Source of the DNA: Leptospira sp. | Lineage (GTDB): Bacteria > Spirochaetota > Leptospiria > Leptospirales > Leptospiraceae | NCBI GenBank assembly: GCA_034439575.1 | Contig: JAWXAQ010000005.1 | Location: 64,001 to 128,000 of the forward strand | Length of the DNA stretch: 64,000 bases | Direction: 5' to 3' | Part shown: positions 30,670 through 41,298 of the stretch, in pieces | Numbering within the stretch: the stretch's first letter is position 1 | Layout of the letters: every line of letters starts with the position of its first letter | Position numbers and translations under genes: made by a program | Notes under the pieces: model-generated | Seen by the model: only the letters and a program-made list of their open reading frames with translations | Told to the model about the DNA's origin: nothing | Databases searched by the model: none

Positions 30670-31907
30670 AACACTTGTTTCTTGGACTTTGGTTGGAATT
30701 CAAAATGGTATAGAATCCCTTGATTTTCCTCAGATTTAATTTCTATAATTCGACCTACCATTTGGCTACATAGAGAAAATATGACTGATAAACCGATACT
30801 TTCAGCACTCTGAATATCAAAACCTTTGGGAAATCCAATTCCATTATCAGAATATTGAAAATCCATTTTTTCATCATCAGCGATAGAAAGTTTTATTACT
30901 ATTTCTGCATTATGTTTATCTATAAACGCATGCCTTAGTGAATTGGTTAACATTTCTGTAAGCATTAAACCGAGGGGAATTGCCAAAGTTAAATTGAGAT
31001 CTTTAGAATCTACGATTTGAACAATTCGTATATCCATACGCATGTACATCAATTTAATATTTTCAACGAGGCTTTCTATATAATCATTTGCATTTAACCT
31101 AGAAAGATTTTTAGAACTATAAAGTTTTTCATGAACTAGGGCAATCGCCTTAATGCGAGCGATACTTTGTTCCAAAATAATAGCCGATTCCTTAGGTGCT
31201 GAATATGTTTGTAATTGTAAAAAGGATACAATTACAGCTAAATTGTTTTTAATTCTATGATGAACTTCTGTTAATAGAGTCTCATTTTCTTTTAATGAGA
31301 TTTCCAATAACTTTTGTTTCTCTATGTAGTCTGTAATATCAGTCGTGACGGCAATAGCTCTCCCTTCATTTTCTTCATAGTCAAAAAAATAAAGTCTGTT
31401 TTCAAGTCCCCACTTGATACGACCATCCGGAAACTTCAATCTGTATAAAATACCAGCTATATTTTCTGTTAAACGATTTGTCCATATATTTAACATTCGT
31501 TCATGGTCTTCTGGATGTAGCCTCTCCACTAATCGATTTGGTTCACGAATGATGGATTCCCTTGAATGTTCAAAAAATTTTGCCGTTTGATGAGAGATCA
31601 TCTCCACCTTCCAAGTGGAAGTATTAAAAACAATCACTGAGTCTTGGATCTCTTGTAGAATACTCTGATAAAGAAAATCCGCTTTCTTTTTTTCTTTTAA
31701 GGTTCTGTATTGACTGTCAAGTTCACGTTTAAGAAGTAAAAAAATGAGAATGGAAGAAATGGCGACATAGAACCAACCTTTATATGATTGAGCCATACGT
31801 ATTCTTTCCGAATCATGATTAAAAATCGAAAGTGCATAATCAGAAAAATATATCCATAACACTCCAAGTAACAAATAAAGTAAGGAAACTCGGAGGGCGG
31901 CTTTCAT
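30666..31907 (-). CDS. Sensor histidine kinase (2 TM, PAS, HisKA_2)
   Basis: EVHHRIKNNL H-box, EMLTNSLRHAF, DNGIG, SIGL. Confidence 0.92.
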   Translation of the reverse strand: MKAALRVSLLYLLLGVLWIYFSDYALSIFNHDSERIRMAQSYKGWFYVAISSILIFLLLKRELDSQYRTLKEKKKADFLYQSILQEIQDSVIVFNTSTWKVEMISHQTAKFFEHSRESIIREPNRLVERLHPEDHERMLNIWTNRLTENIAGILYRLKFPDGRIKWGLENRLYFFDYEENEGRAIAVTTDITDYIEKQKLLEISLKENETLLTEVHHRIKNNLAVIVSFLQLQTYSAPKESAIILEQSIARIKAIALVHEKLYSSKNLSRLNANDYIESLVENIKLMYMRMDIRIVQIVDSKDLNLTLAIPLGLMLTEMLTNSLRHAFIDKHNAEIVIKLSIADDEKMDFQYSDNGIGFPKGFDIQSAESIGLSVIFSLCSQMVGRIIEIKSEENQGILYHFEFQPKSKKQVL

Positions 31908-33482
31908 TTAACTAAACTCTTGTAATGTGCTAAACCTAACATTTACAGTATTTTCTATCTCCTGACTCAATCTCTGATATCCTTTCCATAGGTCATCCAA
32001 TTCTTTTTCTACGAAACTTGACAATCTAGAAAGTGAAGCTAAGTATTTACCAACTAAATAGAAAGTCAATAAGCTTCTATCGACTAACTTTTCTTCTATT
32101 GTGTAATGTACGAATGTTTTATTTGAATCTTGTTCAGAAAGAGATAAAATGACAAAAAGAGACAATGCATCAGCGAAGGCAAACTCTATGGATTGCAATT
32201 TTTTACGTGATGGTTCTGCATCCAATTTGACCAAAATTTCATAGAGTAAATTTTGTATGGTATCACTTGGACTTTTTTCACTTTCAATTCTTGAGAATTC
32301 TCCCATAAATTTTACTTTGCCAGGATACAAAGAAGAAATGATAGATCTTTGTATTTCACTAGTCCCTCCACCAATAGTTCCAAGTTTGACATCCCTATAA
32401 AATCTTTCGACAGCATATTCTTTCATATACCCATATCCACCAAGTAATTGGACAGAGTCTTTCGCCACATCTTCTGAGATCTCAGAAGAAATTAATTTTC
32501 CAAGTGAACTTTCAAGAGGAGAAGGAATGCCTTTGTCTTTCCGATCGGCAACCCAATAAATCAAACGTCTAGCGGCTTGAATGTAGACCCAATTTCGAAC
32601 TAAGATATCCTTCATACCAAAAAAACTAGAAATTGATTTTCCAAATTGTATTCTTTCTTTAGCATAACGCATACCAGTGCGAAAACAAAATTCCATAGCA
32701 CCTGAAAGTCCTGCTACGAAAACAGTACGTTCCCATTCTAAGGTTTCTTTACCAATTCGTAGAAAACCAGAATTAAGAGGCCCAAGTAAACTATCCTTAG
32801 GTAGTATCATATCCTCAAAAACAAGTTCAGCAGTCATAGAAGTATGATGGCCAAGTTTTTTTAGCACCTTACTTACATTAAATCCTTTAAATTTCTCTTC
32901 GACAATAAATGCAGATATTCCAAGGGGTCCCCGCCCCTTTTCAGATGTCCGAGCCATAGTCACAAACACTTGGCCAATAGGTCCATTTGTGATAAACATC
33001 TTTGAGCCATTTAATTTCCAACCGCCATTGACTTCTTCTGCTTTTGTCAAAAGTGATGCGGCATCAGAACCTGAAGCTGGCTCACTTAACGCGAATCCTG
33101 CGATCCATTCACCTGATGCAATTTTTGGAAGATATTTTTTCTTTTGTTCATCGGTTCCTTGAAACACAATTGGCATAGCGCCGATAATCATGTGAGCGGC
33201 CCATGATAGTCCCATTCCCCCGTCCAGGCATCCAGCGGAAAAGGCATCTGTGGCATGAGAACATTGCAAACAACTTGCCCCTTGTCCTCCGTATTCAGAG
33301 GGGATGGACAGTCCAGTCAATCCAGCCTTACTAAATTCTTTCCACAATTCCTCTGACCAAATTTCTTTCTCATCACGTTCTTCTGCAGAAGGTAATACTT
33401 TATCTCGAGCAAAATCAAAAACAGTTTCGTAAAAATCTTTATCTGTATCTTGCAGATAGGGATTTAATTTTGGGTTTCTCAT
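31908..33482 (-). CDS. Acyl-CoA dehydrogenase with C-terminal extension
   Basis: FALSEPASGSD, NGSKMFITNG, QLLGGYGY, TIGGGTSEIQR plus about 135 extra residues. Confidence 0.92.
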   Translation of the reverse strand: MRNPKLNPYLQDTDKDFYETVFDFARDKVLPSAEERDEKEIWSEELWKEFSKAGLTGLSIPSEYGGQGASCLQCSHATDAFSAGCLDGGMGLSWAAHMIIGAMPIVFQGTDEQKKKYLPKIASGEWIAGFALSEPASGSDAASLLTKAEEVNGGWKLNGSKMFITNGPIGQVFVTMARTSEKGRGPLGISAFIVEEKFKGFNVSKVLKKLGHHTSMTAELVFEDMILPKDSLLGPLNSGFLRIGKETLEWERTVFVAGLSGAMEFCFRTGMRYAKERIQFGKSISSFFGMKDILVRNWVYIQAARRLIYWVADRKDKGIPSPLESSLGKLISSEISEDVAKDSVQLLGGYGYMKEYAVERFYRDVKLGTIGGGTSEIQRSIISSLYPGKVKFMGEFSRIESEKSPSDTIQNLLYEILVKLDAEPSRKKLQSIEFAFADALSLFVILSLSEQDSNKTFVHYTIEEKLVDRSLLTFYLVGKYLASLSRLSSFVEKELDDLWKGYQRLSQEIENTVNVRFSTLQEFS

Positions 33483-35383
33483 GAAAATATCCTTTCAATT
33501 TGTTTTGTAAAAACATCTGCGATTATATTTCTTTTCATTTTAAGTGTCCTCGTCATTTCACGGTCGGGATCAAAAACCCTAGGCACAACATAGAAATTGT
33601 TAGCTGGAACAAGTTCGAAAGATTTAAAACCATTATCTCTAGAAATAATTTTAGATATTTCCGTTTTGTATAAATTTCGCACATTCACATTCTCATTCCA
33701 GGACTCATATTTTCCAGTTATCTCCGGGAATTTTTTTTCAATTGCCTCAAAATTTGGAACAATAAGGGCACCAAGTGTTTTTCTATCATGACCGATAACC
33801 ATCACCTGATCTATGTATGGTGAAGTCAGAAGTTTATCTTCTATAGGAATTGGTTCTATATTTTCGCCGCCAATAAGTGCAATCGTATCTTTGGAGCGCC
33901 CAGTGAAAACGAGTTCATTTCTATGCGTTAGTTGCATTAAATCTCCCGTATCAAAAAAACCATCCTCATCAAATACGACCGAATTAAGTTCAGGTCTCTT
34001 GTAATATCCTTTGAGAATTTGATCAGATTTGATCCAAAGGGTTCCCTTCGCATATGGAGTTTTTAATTCACGAGATAATTCATCTTTTAATTTCAATTGG
34101 TAGCCATCGATTGGCAATCCGACAGTTCCTCTTGTAGGTTTTTGATTCGAACGTATAGAAACCACAGCAGAAGTTTCCGTCATCCCATAACCTTCCAAAA
34201 CTTTCAAACCTATCGCAGAAAGAAATCCATCAACAACACTTGGTAAGGCGGAACCTGCAGAAATACAAATCCTTATCTTGCCTCCCAAGGCTTTATGTAT
34301 GGCGGAAAATATTTTTATGGAAATTAGTTTTAGGGGTGAAAGTAATATTAATATAAAACATGAAATGAATCTTTTATATAAATCAATCATGAGATTTCTT
34401 TTTTGAATGGCAAAATCATACCCCATAACAACCGATTTGTGCTTTGCCCATAAGGAACCGATTTTTAAGAAAAATTGAAACAATTTCTCTTTCATACCCC
34501 CTTCCTTTGTTACTTTCGCGATGATTCCGTTATAAACAGATTCCCATATACGTGGTACGGATGGAAACACTGTGGGTCGAAAATCTCTAAGATCATCTTT
34601 TAAGTTTGTCATATTTGAAACTAAAAATTGGATACCTAGAGTCAGTGTGGCATACTCAACGGCTCTCTCGAATGCATGCCAAGGCGGTAACAAACTGAGA
34701 GCCGTATCATCAGAATTCATATCAAGCCGTGCAATGGTATTTGTAATAGCTGTGAGCCAACCTTTCTGAGTGAGCATAACTCCTTTTGGATTACCAGTTG
34801 TACCAGAAGTATAGATTAATGTTGCCAGTTCTTCTGGATTAATATCAGCTAATCTTTGTTTGATTGCTGAAGAATTTGCATTCAATAATTTTTGCCCAGA
34901 CTCCATGAGTTTGGAAGCAGAATTTTCACCGAGCAAGTATTCACCAGTATCTGATTCTAAAATTACTAAAAATTCTAACTTTGGTAATTGTGATTTTAGA
35001 TTTATAATTCTTTGGTAGTCTTTTTGTTTTTGTACAACCAAAAATTTAGCTTCGGAATGATTTAAAATATATAAGATTTCATCATCGACAATATCAGTGC
35101 CTCGGGGAACGACAACCCCGCCAGCAGAAAGGATGGATAAATCCATTGAGAGCCAGTTAGTCGAAGCATCACAAAAAAATCCCACTCTGTCCCCAGGTTT
35201 TAATCCTATACTGATCCAACCCGCAGTCAGTTGATCCACATTCTCTTTTAATTTTGAAAAAGAAATGCCAACAAATCCCTGCACCTTGTCTCTTTTCAAG
35301 AAACTTTGTTTCGAAGGAAAGGAAGTTGCAACATTCTGCAGAAGATGATAAAGTAACTCAGGTTTCGGATCCATGTTTTTCAT
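33479..35383 (-). CDS. fadD: Long-chain fatty acid--CoA ligase
   Basis: IYTSGTTGNPKGV, EGYGMTET, FDTGDL, GRSKD. Confidence 0.9.
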   Translation of the reverse strand: MKNMDPKPELLYHLLQNVATSFPSKQSFLKRDKVQGFVGISFSKLKENVDQLTAGWISIGLKPGDRVGFFCDASTNWLSMDLSILSAGGVVVPRGTDIVDDEILYILNHSEAKFLVVQKQKDYQRIINLKSQLPKLEFLVILESDTGEYLLGENSASKLMESGQKLLNANSSAIKQRLADINPEELATLIYTSGTTGNPKGVMLTQKGWLTAITNTIARLDMNSDDTALSLLPPWHAFERAVEYATLTLGIQFLVSNMTNLKDDLRDFRPTVFPSVPRIWESVYNGIIAKVTKEGGMKEKLFQFFLKIGSLWAKHKSVVMGYDFAIQKRNLMIDLYKRFISCFILILLSPLKLISIKIFSAIHKALGGKIRICISAGSALPSVVDGFLSAIGLKVLEGYGMTETSAVVSIRSNQKPTRGTVGLPIDGYQLKLKDELSRELKTPYAKGTLWIKSDQILKGYYKRPELNSVVFDEDGFFDTGDLMQLTHRNELVFTGRSKDTIALIGGENIEPIPIEDKLLTSPYIDQVMVIGHDRKTLGALIVPNFEAIEKKFPEITGKYESWNENVNVRNLYKTEISKIISRDNGFKSFELVPANNFYVVPRVFDPDREMTRTLKMKRNIIADVFTKQIERIFS

Positions 35384-35489
35384 TCCTTGCCCGAAGGATT
35401 CGGTCTTTCAGGATAAAAAACCACTGTTCGTTTTTTGCAAGTTTTTTCTCGATTTTTTGATTCAATTTTGCCTTAAGTAGGACGATTAT

Positions 35490-36098
35490 ATGTTTTTTTG
35501 GATTCAAAATGGACAAATGACGCCCAGATCACCGGAAATATCACGGAGATTGGTTCCTCCCGTCTATCATTCCGAAAAATCTGCAAGCTCAAAAAAAATT
35601 GAATCAGAGGAAGATCGAAGCGGAAACCGATCCAATTTCTTCCAAGATGCCAGGTCCGCCTATTTGGAATCTGAGGAAAAAATAGAATCCTTTCCTTTGT
35701 TATTTGCAAGTCAAGTGATGAGTAGCCCTGTATTTACGATCTCAGAAGACCAAAACATAGAAGAGGCAAAAATTCTTTTTATGGAAAAAAGATTTCGTCA
35801 TATCCCAATTTTGGACAAAAACCAAAAGCTAGTTGGAGTTCTTTCAGATAGAGATCTACTTAAAACCATTTCGTTTTCAGGAACCATCATTCACACGACT
35901 GTGAAAGAAATAATGGCAAAAAAAATCCTAACTGGTTCCTTGCAAACGGAAATCAGATATGCCGCAAAGGTAATGTTAGACGAAAAGGTAGGTTCATTAC
36001 CGATAGTTGATGACAATGGAAAAATACTTGGCATCATCACAAGGACTGATTTAATTCGTGCCATGGTTAAATTTCCTGGTTTTACTCTACTCGCCTAA
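35490..36098 (+). CDS. CBS domain pair protein
   Basis: FRHIPILD ... LVGVLSDRDL and GSLPIVD ... GIITRTDL. Confidence 0.88.
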   Translation: MFFWIQNGQMTPRSPEISRRLVPPVYHSEKSASSKKIESEEDRSGNRSNFFQDARSAYLESEEKIESFPLLFASQVMSSPVFTISEDQNIEEAKILFMEKRFRHIPILDKNQKLVGVLSDRDLLKTISFSGTIIHTTVKEIMAKKILTGSLQTEIRYAAKVMLDEKVGSLPIVDDNGKILGIITRTDLIRAMVKFPGFTLLA

Positions 36099-36120
36099 TG
36101 AAATACTGTCACGAGATCCT

Positions 36121-37578
36121 ATGAATTTTTATTCTGACTTCTTTATCATATTTATATACTTTGTTATTGTCTTCTTTTTTGGTTTTTATTTTTCAAAATC
36201 AAAATCATCGGAATCTGATTTTTATTTAGGCAAAAAAGAAATTCATTGGATTTGGCTACTTTTTTCACTAGTAGCCACAGAAACTTCGAGTCTTACTTTT
36301 TTATCTATCCCTTCCTTGTCATATAAGGGAGACTATTCGTTTTTACAAATTAGCATAGGTTATATTTTCGGCCGTACGATTGTAGCTTACTATTTATTAC
36401 CAAGTTATTTTGCAGGAGAGCGAATCTCCATATACGAATATCTAGGCGAAAAATTTGGAAAATCAGCGCAAAGATCTATGTCCTTGATTTTTACAGTTTC
36501 ACGCATATTAGGTGATGGGATTAGGCTCTATGTAACTTCTCTACCCATTGCCTTTCTTATAAACAAAATGGGAGGACTTCAACTTTCTGAATTTGAAATA
36601 GGAATCTTAGCATTATTTTTACTAAGTTTTGCCACCATCATTTACTCCGTATTTGGTGGATTCCGAGCCATAGTATTTACGGACTCATTGCAACTCTGTA
36701 TATATTTATTGGGCGGTATTTTTTCCTTATTTTTATTGATACATTTGATTTCGCCAATTGGTAGTGGATTTGATGTTTCAAAATTATTTCCGACTGGAAT
36801 CAGCGAAAAACTAAGTCTTTTCCATTTTCAATTTATATCTGGTGATAATTCTTATTTCTTTGTATTTGCCATACTCGGTGGTGCATTCATATCTATCGGC
36901 TCACACGGTACTGACTTAATGCTTGTTCAACGAATCATTGCATCTAAAAATTTAAAAACAGGTCAAAAGATTTTAGTAACAAGTGGTGTATTTGTCTTTT
37001 TCCAATTTTTGTTATTTCTAAGCATAGGCACTTTACTCTATATTTATTATCAAGGCCAAAACATAGCACCTGATAAAGTATTTAGTTATTTTATCATTGA
37101 AAAAATCCCATCTCCCTTTTTAGGATTATTACTCTCTGCAATTCTTGCAAGTGCTATGTCTACGCTTTCGTCCACGATTAATTCACTTTCTTTGACTTGG
37201 GCGAGAGACTGGGGGATGGACAAGTATTTTAGTCCCAAGATACTTAGTTTATTTTTTGGAATTGTACTTTTTATATCTTCTTTAATTCCATTTGCCTTGA
37301 ATGAAAATTTAGAAAAGAGCATATTAGAAATTGGGCTTACCATTTTTTCTTATACTTTAGGACCAAGCATTGCCCTATTTTTCTTTGCTAAAATGAAAAA
37401 AAATCATCATTTCCCGAACTGGATCGTCTCTATTCTGTTATTTGGTTCAATCACTATACTCATTATCCTAGCTCAAATGATTAAACTACCATTCACCTTG
37501 CTTGTTCCTATCGGCATTTTAATCTTTTGTATAGGTTGGTTCCTATCAAATTTTATAGCTTCTTTATCGCGATCATAG
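36121..37578 (+). CDS. Sodium:solute symporter family protein
   Basis: SLVATETSSLTFLSIP, GGFRAIVFTDSLQ, GTDLMLVQR, ASAMSTLSSTINSLS. Confidence 0.9.
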   Translation: MNFYSDFFIIFIYFVIVFFFGFYFSKSKSSESDFYLGKKEIHWIWLLFSLVATETSSLTFLSIPSLSYKGDYSFLQISIGYIFGRTIVAYYLLPSYFAGERISIYEYLGEKFGKSAQRSMSLIFTVSRILGDGIRLYVTSLPIAFLINKMGGLQLSEFEIGILALFLLSFATIIYSVFGGFRAIVFTDSLQLCIYLLGGIFSLFLLIHLISPIGSGFDVSKLFPTGISEKLSLFHFQFISGDNSYFFVFAILGGAFISIGSHGTDLMLVQRIIASKNLKTGQKILVTSGVFVFFQFLLFLSIGTLLYIYYQGQNIAPDKVFSYFIIEKIPSPFLGLLLSAILASAMSTLSSTINSLSLTWARDWGMDKYFSPKILSLFFGIVLFISSLIPFALNENLEKSILEIGLTIFSYTLGPSIALFFFAKMKKNHHFPNWIVSILLFGSITILIILAQMIKLPFTLLVPIGILIFCIGWFLSNFIASLSRS

Positions 37579-40525
37579 CAATATCATCAGATAAAGCAGA
37601 CATGCCAGACTGAGAAAGATTGAAGGTTGTATGTTTTTCTAAATCTTTTACAAATGAATTTACGATCTCGTTAACGCTAGTTTGACTGTTGTCCAATAAA
37701 ATTTTACTTACCTGCTCTCTTGTAAAAAAATCGCCAGAAGGACTACGGGCTTCATCTAAACCATCAGTGTATTGAAAAAAAACATCGCTACTATCCATAA
37801 TAATCGCTCTTCTTTCAATCGTAGTTTCGAAAAAAGAATTTTCATCCATACCTAATGGCAATCCCCCTGCAGGTAATTCGTGAATCTTATTTTTTGAGGC
37901 ATCAAAATACAAAGGTTTGATATGACCTGCGGAAACATATTCAACTTGCGAATTTACAGGATCAAATAAAGCCAAGAAAAAAGTAATAAAAATATGATCG
38001 GGTGTTTCTTCATACAAACTAGCATTAGCCTCAAGTAAAACTTTTTTCAAATTTCTTTCCCCTCTGCGAAAAATAGAACGGATTTGTGAACGAAACAAAG
38101 CCATTACGATAGCAGGACCGACACCATGATTTGATACATCGCCAATACAAAAAACTAATTTGCCATCATTTAATTCGATAAAATCATAATAGTCACCACC
38201 AACACCAGTCATTGCTTTATAAAAGGCAGCAATTTCGATTTTGTCAGAAAGACTTGTCGGTAACTTTTCGGGTAACAAACGTTTTTGTATTTCTTCAGCG
38301 GCAATTAACTCACCTCGCATCTCATCTCTTTCTTTTAATCCAGAGACCATATCATTGAGTGAGTCCGTTAATATGCCAATTTCATCATAACCTGCCTTTG
38401 GAAAAGTTACATTCAAATTTCCTTTTTCGATTTGTTCTGCGTTTTTACTGATTACTTTAATGCGTCTAACAAATAAATGTGAAAAAATAAATGATAATAA
38501 AATAGCGAATAACCCGATAATGGCGACGTATCGCATTGTTTCTTCTCGGTTTTTTTTGATTTGGCGAATTCCATCTGTTCTATCTAATATGACAATATTA
38601 AAACCTATAATATCTTTTTCTAATATTTCAAAAATTAAACCTCGTTTACCTTCAATTGATTCTAATAAAGGTTTACCATCCAATTCCCACATAGCCTCCT
38701 CTACTTCGGATCTACTATGCACCAATATTCCAGAATCATTATATATCTCTGTACCTCTTAATTTTGGTAATTCTGTCTCAGAATTTGCACTCAGGACCCA
38801 GTTACGAAAATGTGTATATTTGGTTTGAATTCTTTTTCGTTCATCTCCACTTTTATAGTATTTATTAATATTCGAATTTCCTGTTTTATAAGGAATAAAA
38901 GAAAAATCATGTAAACTCGCGTCTCTCAAATACAAAACGGAATCATTTGACATTTCATGTATAAATTTTGTCCAATCGTCTTTTGAAGATTCGTGCAAGG
39001 CGATGTTATCTCGCATTTCTTCTAACTGGCTTTCTAGTGTCTGGATTTTGTAATCGATCTCTTCTATCGAATATATTTTTTCATTTTCTTTTTGATTGCT
39101 TTTCGCTTTCAATTTCCACTCTGATAATTTTGCATTCAAATCATCAAAATTCTTTTTAAATTGTAATCCTTGTTCTTTCCATTTGATTTTATTTTCAGCG
39201 ATCACGTTTTGATTTGGCAATAGTTCTTTAAATTTGGCCTCTCGTTTTGATATTAAACTGCGATATTTTTCTGTTAGTTCACGAAAAACTTTATCAGAAC
39301 CTGGTTTCGTTTTTCCTGTTTTTCTAAGTTCACGCAATCGAATACGTATTTCAGTACTGAGTGTTTTAATTTCTTTTGCAATTTTTGTGTCTTCAATAAA
39401 ATATTGATTATAAAAGTCTTTTTCCTTTTGCAAGAAACCAAGAAGAGTGATTGCTCGCTCCGCCGAATCAGGATTTTTGAAAACTGGTTTAGTTAATACT
39501 TCAAATTGTCTGCCAACTACATCAATGGATTTGCTGTTAGAGTTAAATTGAGTTTCGATTTGTTTTTTCGAAAATAAGTCTGTGAGAATTTGTTTATATT
39601 CCTCACGTAAGAGCAATTTTTTACTCGTTTCCGGTGCCAGAGGAAATAGAGAAGCTGTATCTAAAGATTCTTTTCCATGTTTATCATATACAAATATTCT
39701 AATTTTATCTGGTAATAATCCGATTGAATCGATTTTTTCTTTATAATTTCCTTTAAATATATTTAGCAAAGCTTTATTTAAATTTGACTCAAAGTTTAAA
39801 GCTTTCGCATCAGAAGTAATGATGTTTTTTGAAATTTGAATGAATTCTTTATTTAATTGATCCCTTTCTAAATTCAATTTTGATTTAGAAATTTCATCAA
39901 TGGATGTATCAGAAATATAAGCATTTATCGATTCTTTTAAGTCAGAAATTTCACGTACCCGAAATTTGTACTTTTCTGATTTTATTTTTTCTAAGGCCGC
40001 AGCTTTTGCAATCTTTTGAATTCTTTGATAGTTAATATCATCTATAGGCTTACCTGCTTCACCTTGAAGTTCATTTTTAATTTTTGATTCAAAAATAGAG
40101 ATTTCCTTATCAGAAAGATAACGAGAGTAATAAGTATCAACTGAAGTATAAACATTTCCTCTTTTTACAGCAAGTCCAATGGATTGACCTAAATCTTTAA
40201 GAGTTCCTAAAAAACCAACTTCCTTACTAACTACCGTTCGTTTAAACTTTTTTAATTCACTTTTTTTTTCTTCGACTCGAATTTTGAATTCTTCAATCAA
40301 AACTAAACTTCTATTTATATTTTCAAGTTCTAAAACTATACCATTCAAATAAACTAATGGATTTTTGATTTCAAGTTCCAACTTTTCTTGTAAGGCGTTT
40401 TTTTGTTGGCGATATGTGACGACAGAAGTCACGACCAGGATCACAGAGACCAATAAAATTGTGATAAAGGAAAGTTTTGTTCGTAAACCGGGTGTTATGA
40501 TTCTCAAAATCTGTTTTTTATCCAT
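37553..40525 (-). CDS. Membrane PP2C/SpoIIE (RsbU-like) phosphatase with HAMP and large extracytoplasmic domain
   Basis: TM, about 650-aa extracytoplasmic region, TM, HAMP (DEIGILTDSLNDM), VGGDYYD, GDVSNHG, YTDGLDEA, DDIA. Start set at MDKKQ. Confidence 0.9.
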   Translation of the reverse strand: MDKKQILRIITPGLRTKLSFITILLVSVILVVTSVVTYRQQKNALQEKLELEIKNPLVYLNGIVLELENINRSLVLIEEFKIRVEEKKSELKKFKRTVVSKEVGFLGTLKDLGQSIGLAVKRGNVYTSVDTYYSRYLSDKEISIFESKIKNELQGEAGKPIDDINYQRIQKIAKAAALEKIKSEKYKFRVREISDLKESINAYISDTSIDEISKSKLNLERDQLNKEFIQISKNIITSDAKALNFESNLNKALLNIFKGNYKEKIDSIGLLPDKIRIFVYDKHGKESLDTASLFPLAPETSKKLLLREEYKQILTDLFSKKQIETQFNSNSKSIDVVGRQFEVLTKPVFKNPDSAERAITLLGFLQKEKDFYNQYFIEDTKIAKEIKTLSTEIRIRLRELRKTGKTKPGSDKVFRELTEKYRSLISKREAKFKELLPNQNVIAENKIKWKEQGLQFKKNFDDLNAKLSEWKLKAKSNQKENEKIYSIEEIDYKIQTLESQLEEMRDNIALHESSKDDWTKFIHEMSNDSVLYLRDASLHDFSFIPYKTGNSNINKYYKSGDERKRIQTKYTHFRNWVLSANSETELPKLRGTEIYNDSGILVHSRSEVEEAMWELDGKPLLESIEGKRGLIFEILEKDIIGFNIVILDRTDGIRQIKKNREETMRYVAIIGLFAILLSFIFSHLFVRRIKVISKNAEQIEKGNLNVTFPKAGYDEIGILTDSLNDMVSGLKERDEMRGELIAAEEIQKRLLPEKLPTSLSDKIEIAAFYKAMTGVGGDYYDFIELNDGKLVFCIGDVSNHGVGPAIVMALFRSQIRSIFRRGERNLKKVLLEANASLYEETPDHIFITFFLALFDPVNSQVEYVSAGHIKPLYFDASKNKIHELPAGGLPLGMDENSFFETTIERRAIIMDSSDVFFQYTDGLDEARSPSGDFFTREQVSKILLDNSQTSVNEIVNSFVKDLEKHTTFNLSQSGMSALSDDIAMIAIKKL

Positions 40526-40949
40526 GATTGTCTTTTCTGAAATGGAGATCCAATTTATTTTTATTTTCAGCAACAAGTCTCGTATAGTGAAGTGAAGCTA
40601 CCTTTTTTATAGCATTCAAACCGAACCCACCATCGGCACCTGAAGCTAATTTTTGTTTTGAATCTGCACCAGTATATTTTGTTGGATCGAATGGCTTCCC
40701 AAAATCAATCACAGTAAAGCAAAGATAATCAGTATATTCGAGGATTCTAATCTCTATTTTTTGGTCTAAACTTAATATTCCACCATGCTCTATAACATTT
40801 GTCACAATTTCATCTAGGGAAAATATGATGCGATTTTGTAATTGTTTGGATACTAATTCAGAAACAAACTTTCTAATCTCACTTCTTAATAGAACTAAGG
40901 ATCCTAAAGTCGGATCTAGGAAAATAATATTCTCTTTTACAACTTTCAT
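40518..40949 (-). CDS. RsbW/SpoIIAB-like anti-sigma factor (serine kinase)
   Basis: DEIVTNVIEHG, DFGKPFDP, GGFGL. Confidence 0.88.
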   Translation of the reverse strand: MKVVKENIIFLDPTLGSLVLLRSEIRKFVSELVSKQLQNRIIFSLDEIVTNVIEHGGILSLDQKIEIRILEYTDYLCFTVIDFGKPFDPTKYTGADSKQKLASGADGGFGLNAIKKVASLHYTRLVAENKNKLDLHFRKDNHG

Positions 40950-40956
40950 TGCTTCA

Positions 40957-41298
40957 TTAAAAACTGGAAAGTGCCGCCTCGACAGTCGGGAAGATTTTTA
41001 TTTTTTTTGTAAAATACATTAAATCCATTGTGTCTTTGACTTCTTTAGATAATCCGCTAAGGACTATTTCACCAGATTTTTCTTTTAAAAATTTCAAAGT
41101 AGCATTAAGCACACCGATCCCAGCAGAAGAAATGTAAGAAAGGTTTGCCATATCGAGCACAATATTTGTACTTCCATTTCCAATTATTAATTCCATCTGA
41201 AGCTTTAGATCAGGAGCAGTTTTTGCATCAATTTCGCCAGTCAATTTAAGCACCGCTGGATTTCCTACTTTTGTTTGTGATATTGTTAATTTATCCAT
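40957..41298 (-). CDS. STAS anti-sigma factor antagonist (RsbV/SpoIIAA-like)
   Basis: LTGEIDAKTA, LDMANLSYISSAGIGVL. Confidence 0.92.
   Translation of the reverse strand: MDKLTISQTKVGNPAVLKLTGEIDAKTAPDLKLQMELIIGNGSTNIVLDMANLSYISSAGIGVLNATLKFLKEKSGEIVLSGLSKEVKDTMDLMYFTKKIKIFPTVEAALSSF

Noticed and set aside
35462-35488. TCAA-N15-GACGATTA, sigma28-like, before the CBS gene
   Set aside because: Too many mismatches and too close to the ATG.
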